Source: Thraustochytrium aureum
Lineage: Eukaryota
Assembly: GCA_012862495.1 (NCBI GenBank)
Contig: BLSG01000140.1
Span: forward strand, 1 to 43,652
Length of the DNA stretch: 43,652 nt
Direction of reading: 5' to 3'
In this document: positions 10,846 through 22,295 of the stretch, in pieces
Numbering within the stretch: position 1 is the first letter of the stretch
Layout: each line of letters begins with the position of its first letter
Translations under genes and position numbers: made by a program
Notes under the pieces: generated by a model
Seen by the model: the letters and a program-made list of their open reading frames with translations, nothing else
Told to the model about the DNA's origin: nothing
Database searches by the model: none

Positions 10846-12620
10846 TTAGTTTGGCCCGCCTCCAAGGACGAGCTGCTCGACGAGGCTGACGAGGGCTGCG
10901 TAGGTGCTCGGGTCCTGCTCGCCAGCGCCGCGCGTGGAAACCTTGCCGGGAAACCGACTGGCCAAGAGCCCCTCGACCTCGGCAAGCACGCCCTCGAAAG
11001 CGCTGCACCGAAACTCGAGGCTCGCGATCCGCTCGGCCATAGCTTGTGTGTTTTGCACGCGCTCGACATAGATGCCGGGGAAAACGCCGATGTGCCCCGC
11101 CTGGTTCCGCCCGTACCACCAGCCGTCGTCCTCGATTTCCATTACGTGCACCAGCTCTCCCCGGACGAGCGCGATCTCGCCGTCTTCGACAGGCTCGTAG
11201 TCAAACAAGGCTTTGGCCGAGCAGATGGGCTCTTTGTCTTTGAGGCTCTCGATGTCACCGCACGGCTCACCTGTGCTACTGCAAAAGCTCCTCGTCTCGG
11301 AAGCGGTGCCGTCCTGCGTAGCTGGAGACGAGGCCGCGGAACATGCGTGCTCAAAGTCAGGCACGCCAGAAACCGTTGACAGCAGTGGCGGCGGCAAGCG
11401 CACAGCCTCACAAGTCCCTGGATGTGTTGCTGACGAGGCAGCCCCGGGCTGCGCTTCCTCGTTCCCGGCAGCAGAGCGCGAAGACGACGACGAAGAAGAC
11501 GATGTGGAGAAAGAAGACGCTGGCGAGGCAAGGGCCGCGTTGCGCATCGATGACGGAGGCCTTTGCATGAGTGAGCTGACGTCCGGATTTGCAGGGTTCG
11601 GGCTCTCCGGGTCTTGCGCACTCTCTGGGTCTTGAGCAAGGTCTCCGTTTGCGTCGAGCGTGACAAACTCCAGGCCGAGGGACGCGTCGTCGTTGACGAG
11701 GAAGGCCTCGTCGTCGCAGTGCTCTTCGAGGTCGGGCATGTTCGGGAGGGGCTTGCTGCTCGAGACTTGGAGGAGCAAGGCTCGCTTGCGAGACCGGGCG
11801 TCGAAGAGCACTTGGGCGTGCTCGATCATGAACTCCATGGCCTCAATCACGCCATCGGCTGCCGCAAGAAGCTCAAAGTTGGCGTTGACGTCCTCCTCGC
11901 TCAGCGACTCGTCGTTGAGCATGCCAATCTTTGGGAGCAGCACCAGAGGCGCGAAGATATACGCGAGCTCGTCGTTGGGCATCGGCAGACGCTTGAGGCA
12001 CTGGCACAGGCCCTTGAGGATGTCAAGGCTCGCCTGCTGGGAGAACCGCTCGAGCGTGGCGCCGATCTCTTCGACCTTTTCGTGGTCGCGCTCGTCGAAG
12101 TACTCGGCATACTTTTGACACGAGTTTAGGATAAGCTGGCACACTTTGCCGGGGATTAGCGGCTCGACGCTGCACATGAGTGCCATCTTGACCACCGAGC
12201 CGAGCTGCGCGCGGGAGTTGGTGCCTCGCTCGAAGTCAGCAAACGAACGGCACGCGTAGGGGGCGAGTGCAGGGGATCTTGGCGCGCCAGCTCACTTACC
12301 GTTGCGCAGCTGTAGCGCTGTAGAGACTTGACGAGGTGGAGGGTGTCGTCGTTTGCGAGCGCTTCGACCAGAACCACGGCTGCCTCTTTGGCGTCTGCGG
12401 AGCCGCCGCCAGAGGACAAGTAGAGAATGTCGCTCTCCGCCGCGTTCCCTTCGATGTGTGCGAGGATCACCCGCAACCGACTGAGCAGGACATCAACCTC
12501 GCTTTGGCAGAGCAAGGGGATGTCTTCGCCTTCTGAGCATCCCTTTTTGTTTTTCTTCTTCAGCGTTTTGTTGCGAACACTGGCCCAGAGGCCCCGCGAA
12601 AGCTTGGGCCTCGTCGACAT
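10846..12620 (-). CDS. RhoGAP-like domain + SH3 protein; exons 12620-12300 and 12204-10846
   Basis: Phase-0 intron 12299-12205 (GTAAGT...GCTGAC...GCAG) joins 'YSCAT|LGSVVKMALMCSVEPLIP'. 'MPNDELAYIFAPLVL' resembles the RhoGAP NLA..FGP segment. SH3 'AKALFDYEPVEDGEIALVRGELVHVMEIEDDGWWYGRNQAGHIGVFPGIYVERV'. Confidence 0.8.
12205..12299 (-). other. 95-bp GT-AG spliceosomal intron
   Basis: Donor GTAAGT at 12299, branch-like GCTGAC, acceptor CAG at 12207-12205. Removal fuses ORFs 12156..12623 and 10846..12195 in frame. Confidence 0.85.
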
Positions 12621-13916
12621 CACGCGTCTTCGGCAACTTGTGCGCCTTAAATATCAGCCTCGCTAAGCCTGTGCGCCGCGTCGCGACGCTGGCCCCGTGG
12701 AAAGCTGTGGGGCTAGGTTTCTGGCTTGCTGGTGCGGCTGGAAAAGCTTGGCCTGCTCGCGCGTGCCCGATTTCTGCGAGCCGAGCTGTTGAGCCCCGCG
12801 CGGAGTTGCCGCTCCGCAAGCCAAGGCTAGGGCGGTCGAGGCCAGCGCAACCTCTTGCAGCGTTCTGGACCTAGTGCGGTCGCTTCGGCGGAGGCACAGG
12901 CGTTTGAGCTTTAGACGAGCAAAGCGCGCCGAATGAACCAACCGCCTGGGGCAGGCGTCTGGAGCAGTTGGTGGTTTTGCGCCAGGTACCTCGATCTTCT
13001 ATCTCTCTAGCGCTAGACCTTGGCCGGTTTACGAGCGTTGAGCATTTTCGATGCTTGATCGCTCGTTTCGGCGAGCTGCGGGTGTGGGATAAATGGCGAC
13101 GGCCCCAGCGTGCGAGACCGCCTACCTGGCAGAGGGATAAACTGTAGCCGGCCCTCGGCTGATGCAATGCGGCTCTTAAACGGTGCCAGGCCGCTTCCGG
13201 CCAAGAGCAAGCGCCGGTCACCGCGATCCGGCAGCAGCAGCGGCTCGTCGCGCTTGAGGCGGGCTGCGCGGCGCGTCCCGAGAAGTGGCAACGCACACTC
13301 GCTAAAGCAAGCGCGTGGAGGCTATCGAGTGCGAGCGTTGAACTTTGAAGCCCTGGCATGAGCCAACTCGTCGGTTTCATTCTGACTCCCAACCTCGTAG
13401 CACACGAGCGAAGAGCTAAGGGCGCCAAAGGGAAGCCAGCCACCCTGACTCGTTTTCTCCCCCCGCCGCTGAGCGTCGAGTTGGCAACAATAGAGTAAAG
13501 TGCACGAAAGCGAGCCAGCGCGCCGCAGTCGGGTCGCTGGCCTTGACGGAGGCCACGGAAGCTTCAACGTGCCATTGCAGGTCGCCTGCGGCAAGGCATA
13601 CAAAGCCGACCCAAGCCACGGGAGCCCAGCACGTTGAGGCTGACAGGAGTTCCTTCGTTTCCTCTCCATGCTGGCTTGGCCCACTGGAGGCGGTCAAAAG
13701 CCGCCAAGTCGGACAGAAAGCGACCTGCTCGAGTCTGCCTGAACCCCATCGGACTCGCCCTTCAAGAGTCGTCTTGTGAGGGGTTGCGGGTCCCCCAAGC
13801 CTCGCGCTTTAAGGGGTTCAGTGAGTTTTGATCTTGATGCAAGTACTCCATTTGGTTTGATCTCTCAATCAATCAATCATCAACTCCATGGTGAGTATGC
13901 TGCGGCAGGACCACGA

Positions 13917-16900
13917 TCAGAAGTCTGGGAGCGACGAGCTGTCAGAATCGCGCTTCGGGCGAGCTGTTTGCGCGGAGTGGAGCCTGCTCGGTGAGGGCGT
14001 GTTCGGCGTTGTTGAGCCCCTGCTTGCGGCAGTGAAGCGCGGGTTGCTCGAGGAGAGCATGCTCTGCATTGTGGAGCCCCCGCTTGCGGCTGAGCGCTCA
14101 ATGCGCTGGCGGTACTTGGCGTAGAGCGCTCCTGCAGGCCGGGCCTGCGGGGCGTTCTGGTGCATTCCTCTTGCTGCTTTGGGCTGCGAGGCAGCCAGAG
14201 AACTTGAGGGGTCTGTGAGTACAACTCGGACGGGCTCCACGGCCGCTCGAAGCAAGAAACCGGCGGCGCTGCGCGAGGTGGGACACGCGCCCAGCGAGTC
14301 CAAGCGGCCCTTGAGGGCGTTCTCCCGGTCTTGCACAGCAGCACGAATAAGCGAGAAGCAAATGGTCCCGTTGACAAATGTGCACAGGACAGCCACGAAG
14401 AGGACGTACCCGGTCGGCTCGATGGTGGAGACCACGTCAAAACAAAGCGCGTCCTGCTCGGGCAAACCAAGGAAGGTCAGCGCAGGGTCCACTAGTTGCG
14501 TGCAGTATACCCCGGTCGCGTTGCGCACGATCCACTGAGCCAAGTCTGAAATCTGCAAGATCGCCGACACGACGGAAACGAGCAGAACGACGAGCGCGTC
14601 CCACGCGCCGAGAACCTCGGCAGTGAAAAGGAGTCGCTTTTGCGCGTCCAGAGTCAAAGGCGCAAAAAAGAGGACGAGAAGCAGCCCACACAGGATCAGG
14701 GGCGTGAGGAACGTAAAGCAGATGAACGCGAGCTGCAGAAACCGCACGCCAATCTGGGACGCAACGTCCTGGATGCCGTCCGGGAGCGCAGAGGCAATGG
14801 TTGCGGCCGAGTGAATGACGTACTGTAGATCTGGGTCGACGAACCCGATTGCGTAGCCGGCGGCCCCGCGAAAGTCAAACCGTAGGAGCGGCACAAAGAG
14901 ACCCACAAGGACGACGATGAAGGACAGGACCCCCAACACGAGTACCGTGGCCCGCGCACGACCAGAAAAGGTGAAGAGCCGGCCCTGGTCGTCCGGGATA
15001 TTGAAGACGTGAGAGTAGAGCGCAGATTTGGTCGCAGCCTTGTGGCCGAGCGGTTCCGCCCCGTCAAGTCTGTCTCGGAGCAGCTGATCGAACTCTCCCA
15101 ACTTGCGGTGATGCGCAATGAGGATGTGGCTCATGACAAGCGCCCATCCTGTGGCGACGACAAAGCAGTAGATGCTTGCGCCGGGTTCAACGATGACGTC
15201 CACCACGAGAAAATCGTCCGGGACCCAGTCGACGCCGGCGATGTACGAGGTCGTGATGTAGAAGCGGAACGCGACCTGAAGCATGAATAGCACGTAGGCA
15301 TCGATGAGGCTCCACTTGCCCAAGATGTCGAGCATGTGCAGGAGTTGGCCCCTGCGGCGATGCGAGAGCACAGTGGCTGGCGCCGCCCACGAGAAGCCGA
15401 GCAGCAGCGTTTTGAGGTGCGGCCACGCCCCTGAGGCAAGAAAGATGATGAGCGCCAGCCAGTATGTCTCGGCGTGCCACATGTCGTCGATCGAAGACTC
15501 GAGCGTAAAGGCGAGAAGCTCCACGGGAATGGTCTGCTCACCAAGGACTTGCAGCGAGAGCTTGACGACCACTCCCACGGTCCAAAAGTTGGCAGCGAGA
15601 AACAACCCAGTCACTCCGAGAAGCGCCAGGGGGACGGCGATCTTCATGGCGAGGGTCGTCTCAGGGTGGGTTGCCATAGCCTCTGCTCGCTGCATGATGA
15701 GGGCCTTGAGCACTTGCTGCCTGGTGCCGACGACAGCGAGCTCTGCGTCGGGGCCCGAGGCGGCAAAGTCTTCTGTCAAGCGAGCCTTGCGCTTCCCGCC
15801 AAGGCGCAGGCATACAGCAAAGCCTGCAAGGATAGCGAGGGCCAAGCCGAGTCCGCCCTGGGCCATCACTGATGCAGCGGAAGGGAGCTCCTCGGGCGGC
15901 GTGAGGTCCAAGTCGAACTCGACACCGGTGCACTCGTCCTTCGCCAAGATGATCGCCAAGTCGATGTAGCCCTGGAACTGCGAAGACGTGATGTAGTCGG
16001 GGGCGAGGCCGAGCGCAGCTTGGAGTGAAGCCAGCAGGTCGTCGGAGGTCGCCGAGTCCACCTCCAGGGACTTGCCGCCTTGGAGAGAGGCCACCATCGG
16101 CGACGTGCAGACCCCGACGCACTCGATGCTGAGCGTTGCGGCTGACAAGGCGGCCTCGAAGTCGATGATGCGCAGCCCTTGCAAGTCGAACAGCTGGAAG
16201 AGGCACGGAACCTCGCTAGGGCGGTAGTAGAGCCCGAGGAGGTTCCCTGCGTACATGCTCATAGCAGCCTCGACGTCGAATCGGGTCAGCATGTCGAGGC
16301 GCAGCTGCAGGTCTGCGAGCTCGGCTCCGAACTTGAGATCGTTGTGCACAACGTAGCGGCCATCCTCTGCCTCTGCCGCAGAGAGTCTCCGCCGCCCGTC
16401 TGGTCCCGCCGGGGCCCCTGCTGGGCCCAAGAAGAGACCATCGAGCTCGAAGGCGAGCACTGCGCTGATTTTGAAAGATCCTTGCAGCGCCATGGCGTTT
16501 CGAGACTCGTAGGCGGTATTGCCGAGCGGGCCAGTATTGAGCAGCTCCAGCGAATCCACCGAGGCCGCCGACCCAAGCCCCTCGATGCGAAAGGAGGAAA
16601 CGGAGGCAGAGACGGTGCCGAGGTCGTTGCCGTTGTAGATGACTCGCGTCTCGTTGAGCTCGACGAGGGCGGCGCCGCCGTCCGCGTTGAGGAACCGCGT
16701 GGCCTGCTCCAAGAGGCCGTCCATGAAGAAGGCGCTCGACGGGTTGAGGAGGTCGGTCTGGACAAACTTTGCAATTTCCGGCGAGTAGTCGCGCAGGTCC
16801 ACAAACACGCCGCCGTACATCTTGGGGAGGTCCACGCTGTGGCCGCTCGCGGCGCAGGTGGCCCGGCTGGCGCTGCTTGCAAAGTCGGTGAGCCACGTGT

Positions 16901-19900
16901 TGACCATGCCGCGCAGGGGGCCTTGCGTGAGGTTCGGCACGTGGGAGCGTAGCGTAGCGGTCACCATCTCGAGGACGCCTTGCAGAACGGCGCGCGTCTC
17001 CTGGTTGAACAGCGTCCCGGTGACGGCCACGCTGGGACCGATGACCTCTGCCACAAAGGCCTGCAGCTGCGGGAATTGGGCGCCTTGGTCGAACATAAAC
17101 TCGAGCACGGCGCATGAGGCGCCCTCCGCAAGGGAGAACTGCCCCGAAGTCGCGTCAAAGGCGAGGACCTGGCCAAGCTGTGTGCGAGACATGGATTCCT
17201 CGTTGACGGCGAGCATGAAAATCGTTTCAAGGCTGACGCCTCGCAGGGCAAAGTTGAGGCTGAGCTCTTCGCGAAGGACTTGTCCGGACGTGTCGCCAAA
17301 CACTTGAGACGCTGCTTGGATATTGACCGCCATCGACACGTTGAGCACCGGCCCGGTTTTAGGGAATTCGACCACGTTGGAGGTCGAGAACCTCCCGATT
17401 TCGCCGCTTTCAGACTCGTAGGGGGCGAGCAACTCCAGGCGCGCGAGTTGGTCGATGTTGGTGACCGTAATGTCACCGAACGAGAGGCGAAAGCCGGGCA
17501 GCAGGAGCTCATCCTCAAAGTCGAGCTCTGCGATCTGATTGGGGTTGAATCGGAGTGAAACGGTGCCGTCATGCTCCAGGACGAGCGCATCGTAAACCGA
17601 GTCCAGCGCGGACGGGCGGCCCGGGATCGACGTGGTGTTGGCGAGAGTAACTAAAACGGAGCGCACCACAGAAGGCGAGACTAGCGACGACACAAGGCTG
17701 ATGTAGCCGTTCTTGTCTGCATTGAGGTCGTAGGCGGCGCTGGCGTCGGCCGGGGATTTGAAGACGGGCGCTTCCCAGGCCTGGGGGTCGGCGCCCCGCT
17801 GCGAGGGCTGCGAGGTGGTGCCTTCGTTGAGCGTCTGGTTGATGGTGGTAAGGACCGATGGCAGCAGGGAAAGGGCCGCCCCAAGTTGGAGTGGGTCCTC
17901 GACTGACTCGCAATTCGTGAGGTTGTAGGCGTCGAGGTCGGCCTCCGCCACAGTCGCTTGCAGTCTACGCCCCGCACCGTTGAGCAGAGCGTTTAAGAAT
18001 GCCTCGGTGGCCTCGCGCGTTGCAGTCTGCTGCATCGCGATGTCCCAAGCCGCGAGCGCCGGGCCGAGGACCGTGTCGTTGGACCAGTTGGAAACCGGCG
18101 AGGCGCCGACGTAGAACGAATTGAGCTTGAAGAGCGCGCGGTCCACGCCAAAGTCCACCACGGACGCGAGCAGGCAGGCAGTGTTGTTCAGCAGCGAGCC
18201 GACCTTGGTGAGGAAGACCCCGTTCTTGTCAAGCCTTGCGCGCAGCTCGGTGTCCAGGGAGAAGGCCAACTCCAGTTTGAGTTGAAAGTCGTCAGCGGCG
18301 TAGCGGACGCCGTCTTGCTCGCTCTCGAGGGCCACGGGAATGCGCAGCGAAAGCGGGCCTCTGCGCACCGATGCGCCGGACTGGGTCCGTAGGTCGCCAT
18401 CGCCGATATCCGCCTTGAGGGCCACCGCAAAGGGGCTTGCGGGAGCTGCGACAAGTCGCCAGATCGAGTCGGTGTTGCTCAGCTCGAGGGGTCCGAGGTT
18501 GACGCGTGTCCACGGCGCGGGGGCCTCGTCCGTGTCTGCGGCAACGTACCAATCCAACCGCGTCGCCGAGACGTTCCACTGGCCGGGGCCGACAAAAGCA
18601 AGCGGCCTTCCCTCGGCTGGCTGCCGATCAAGGATGAGCTTTGTGGCTGTTTCAAGGATAGCGTTCACGTCAACCGAGTTTATCGTGACGGGATCGCCGC
18701 CCACGAGGTTGTCCAGAACGACCTGCACGCCTGAGAAGAGCACGTTGCTTGTCAACTGCAGGTATTTGGAGTCCCCCGGATGATCCTGCGGGCTGTACGG
18801 CTCGCAAAGCCCCGGCTCGGTGAGCGCGGTGTCGAGCCACTCGTTCGCAGCCACCCTGGCGATGTTTTCCAGGAGGTAGGGGAGCTGGCGCTTAAGAGTT
18901 GGCCGGAGGGCTTGGTCAACGAGCGCGAGCACATCGCTGGCGAGGGACTGGAGGCCAAAGAAGTTGACGAGCCGCAGCTCGGCGAGGCTGGCGACGCTGC
19001 CTGTAGCCCCGAGANNNNNNNNNNNNNNNNNNNNNNNNNNNNNNNNNNNNNNNNNNNNNNNNNNNNNNNNNNNNNNNNNNNNNNNNNNNNNNNNNNNNNN
19101 NNNNNNNNNNNNNNNNNNNNNNNNNNNNNNNNNNNNNNNNNNNNNNNNNNNNNNNNNNNNNNNNNNNNGAGTGCGAGGTCAAGCGCCTGCGCGGCGCGCT
19201 GAGGGCGCCGGAGAATTCGCGATCGGACCCCGCAAGCTGGCCTACCTGTAGGGCCAGGAAGCGGTCGGGCACAGCTCTTGTGTAGGACGCTACGGCGGCG
19301 GAGAGCTGAGCAACGCGCAAGCCCACGCCAAAGGTGAACTGAACGGTCTTTTGCTGCCCACCCGGGGAGACCCACTCCCCAGGGCTCAGAGCAAGGCGGA
19401 TTTCGAGCTGGGGGTCGAGCTCGCTCATCTGCAACACGTTTACGAGGGTGTACTTGAAGTCCGGGCCCGGGAGCTGCAGGAGCTCGATGGAGTTGAAGGT
19501 GTTGAGCCCCCCAACGCGGATGCCGACGAGGTCGAATTCCCCGTTTGCTAGCACTGTCTGGAATGCGGTCCCCGGCGGCGCGTCTAGCATCAGGGCCTCT
19601 GTGAGGTTGTCGAGGCGGAGCGTGCCGGTCTTGTCGCCAAGCAGGACGTCGACGGCCTCATTGACGGTGGGCTGACCTTGGTAGCCCGACTGCGACGAAG
19701 GGGCGCTGAGGAGTTGTGCTAGGAGCTCTGAGGCCACCTGGAAGCCCTCCGAGTTGAGGAGCAACGCGCCTGGCGGAGCAGACGGAGCAAGGTCTGCCTC
19801 GAGCTGGGACCACTCCTCTGGGCCCCTCAGTCCTCCATCAGTGGCGGCTTGCACTTGACCGACAACGTCGGCGAGGAGTAAGTTGATGATGCCGGGCTCG

Positions 19901-20682
19901 CCAGAGTTTAGCACGGCGAGCTGTGAAACGACCTGACAGATGATGTTCTCGATCAAGCCCTTGAGAAGCGTGAAAATCAGGAACTCGATGCCGCCTTCTA
20001 GGAATGGACCGAAGTTGTCAATGTGCAGATTGTCGAGCGAGACGCCTCCGCCGAGACGGACTCTGCAGCCTCCTTCGCCTTCGAGGAACGAGAACTGGCT
20101 GGGGGGCATGCTCTCCAGGTCCGTGGAGAGCAACTCGCCGTTTAAGTTGGCGCTGATGCCTTGACCAGCCGCAGCCATCCCGCTGCGCTCTAATATGATG
20201 TCGGTGGTCCCGCTCAACGTGAGCGGCAAAAGACCTACTTGCAGCGCGAGGTCCTTGAACTCGGCCTTTGCGAAGGCGTCCATGCGAATGTCCGTAGCCT
20301 TGACGCTGAGAGCGAGGCTGTCAAGCCCGCTCGCCGTGGAGCCGGCACCCTGTTGAGATATAGCGAGGTCGTCCAGGGAGATGCTGCCAAACGATGCGCC
20401 CCAGAGGCGGACGGTGCCGCCCTTGAGCACATCTCCGACCTTGAAGCTGGGCAAGAGGGGGACAAGCGCGATGCTAATCTCCTTGATCCACTCCGGGAGC
20501 TCGCTGACAAGCGCCTCGCAATTGTCGTTGTATGAAGGGCAGGGGCCGGGGTCGGGTCCAAAGTCGACCCCTTGCAGAAGCTCGTTGAGTTTGTTGAAGT
20601 CGGGGTTGGCCTGCGCGTTGCTAGCGCTGGGCCCAAGCCAGGCAAGCGCGGCCAGCGCGAGCGACGTGGTGCGGGCTTTCAT
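13917..20682 (-). CDS. ~2250-aa membrane protein: signal peptide, BPI/LBP-like N domain, four beta-rich repeats, tandem PqiA (paraquat-inducible protein A)-type membrane domains; spans gap 19015-19168
   Basis: Signal MKARTTSLALAALAWLGPSASNA. The frame of ORF 13917..18932 stays open up to the gap. PqiA motifs 'LALIIFLASGAWPHLK...LDILGKWSLIDAYV...VEPGASIYCF' and a second copy 'FTFLTPLIL...EVLGAWDALVVLLVS...IEPTGYVLF'. Confidence 0.8.
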
Positions 20683-21110
20683 GGCTGCCTGCTGTCACCT
20701 TCCGCTCGATGATTGGAGGTCTGCTCGTAGTTGTACAGTATCACAGTCAGGACACACTTGCCATGATGAGCGGCCTCGTCGCCATCGTGCGAGGACATTG
20801 TCCTACTCTGTTAGTCCGCCAGCGTTTTCGCTCTTGTCTGTCCTGGCAAGGGGCAGTCTGCAGGGAGGATCCTCCTTGCAGTCAGGTCCATTGCGCAAGC
20901 GCTTGCGCGAGTGTCACGAGGCCGCGCAAGCCAGGCACGCGCGGCTGCAAACACAAAGTGAGAAAGTGAAATGCGATTCCGGGCCTCCTTCAGCCTGCAC
21001 CGGAGGCTCTCAAGTACAGTAACTCGATGTGGTCAAGGAGAAGGGAACTAAGGCAAGGAGGACCGCTGACCGCCAGTGGTCCCAGCGAGTAGGTACGGTC
21101 CTGTGATTGC

Positions 21111-21199
21111 GCGACGTCATGCGCCACTCCGCGTCATCGCTGCACGGGCTCCTGAACGTCAATCTTCGACCACGGGCGTTCAAGATAGATAATAGAGGG
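21111..21199. promoter_or_regulatory. Second CGTCA-array + ATAATAGAGGG module
   Basis: CGTCA at 21115, 21132, 21157 followed by ATAATAGAGGG at 21189, in the divergent spacer between the PqiA-fusion and Zn2Cys6 genes. Confidence 0.5.
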
Positions 21200-22295
21200 C
21201 AGAGTCCTCAAAGACCATTGGCGAGCACGGAGAACTCGCTTTTGTTCCCGAGGCGGCCAAACCAAGTTTCCGCGTAACGATGGTCAACCAAGTTTTNNNN
21301 NNNNNNNNNNNNNNNNNNNNNNNNNNNNNNNNNNNNNNNNNNNNNNNNNNNNNNNNNNNNNNNNNNNNNNNNNNNNNNNNNNNNNNNNNNNNNNNNNNNN
21401 NNNNNNNNNNNNNNNNNNNNNNNNNNNNNNNNNNNNNNNNNNNNNNNNNNNNNNNNNNNNNNNNNNNNNNNNNNNNNNNNNNNNNNNNNNNNNNNNNNNN
21501 NNNNNNNNNNNNNNNNNNNNNNNNNNNNNNNNNNNNNNNNNNNNNNNNNNNNNNNNNNNNNNNNNNNNNNNNNNNNNNNNNNNNNNNNNNNNNNNNNNNN
21601 NNNNNNNNNNNNNNNNNNNNNNNNNNNNNNNNNNNNNNNNNNNNNNNNNNNNNNNNNNNNNNNNNNNNNNNNNNNNNNNNNNNNNNNNNNNNNNNNNNNN
21701 NNNNNNNNNNNNNNNNNNNNNNNNNNNNNNNNNNNNNNNNNNNNNNNNNNNNNNNNNNNNNNNNNNNNNNNNNNNNNNNNNNNNNNNNNNNNNNNNNNNN
21801 NNNNNNNNNNNNNNNNNNNNNNNNNNNNNNNNNNNNNNNNNNNNNNNNNNNNNNNNNNNNNNNNNNNNNNNNNNNNNNNNNNNNNNNNNNNNNNNNNNNN
21901 NNNNNNNNNNNNNNNNNNNNNNNNNNNNNNNNNNNNNNNNNNNNNNNNNNNNNNNNNNNNNNNNNNNNNNNNNNNNNNNNNNNNNNNNNNNNNNNNNNNN
22001 NNNNNNNNNNNNNNNNNNNNNNNNNNNNNNNNNNNNNNNNNNNNNNNNNNNNNNNNNNNNNNNNNNNNNNNNNNNNNNNNNNNNNNNNNNNNNNNNNNNN
22101 NNNNNNNNNNNNNNNNNNNNNNNNNNNNNNNNNNNNNNNNNNNNNNNNGGGCGTTCGAGCGAGCGAACGATCGTTCGATCGAAGAAGCCAGGCGTCCAAC
22201 GCGGCGGAGGCGAGACTGAGGCAGGCGGCGGGCGCGCGGGTCGCGGGCGTCGGCGATCGGGAGTCCAAGCCCGAAGGTGCCCGGAGGTGAAGGAA

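Noticed and set aside
12660..13900. ORFs (e.g. 12871..13443) between the RhoGAP start and the PqiA-fusion stop
   Set aside because: Non-ATG starts, R/A/S-rich, no recognisable motif; treated as intergenic/UTR
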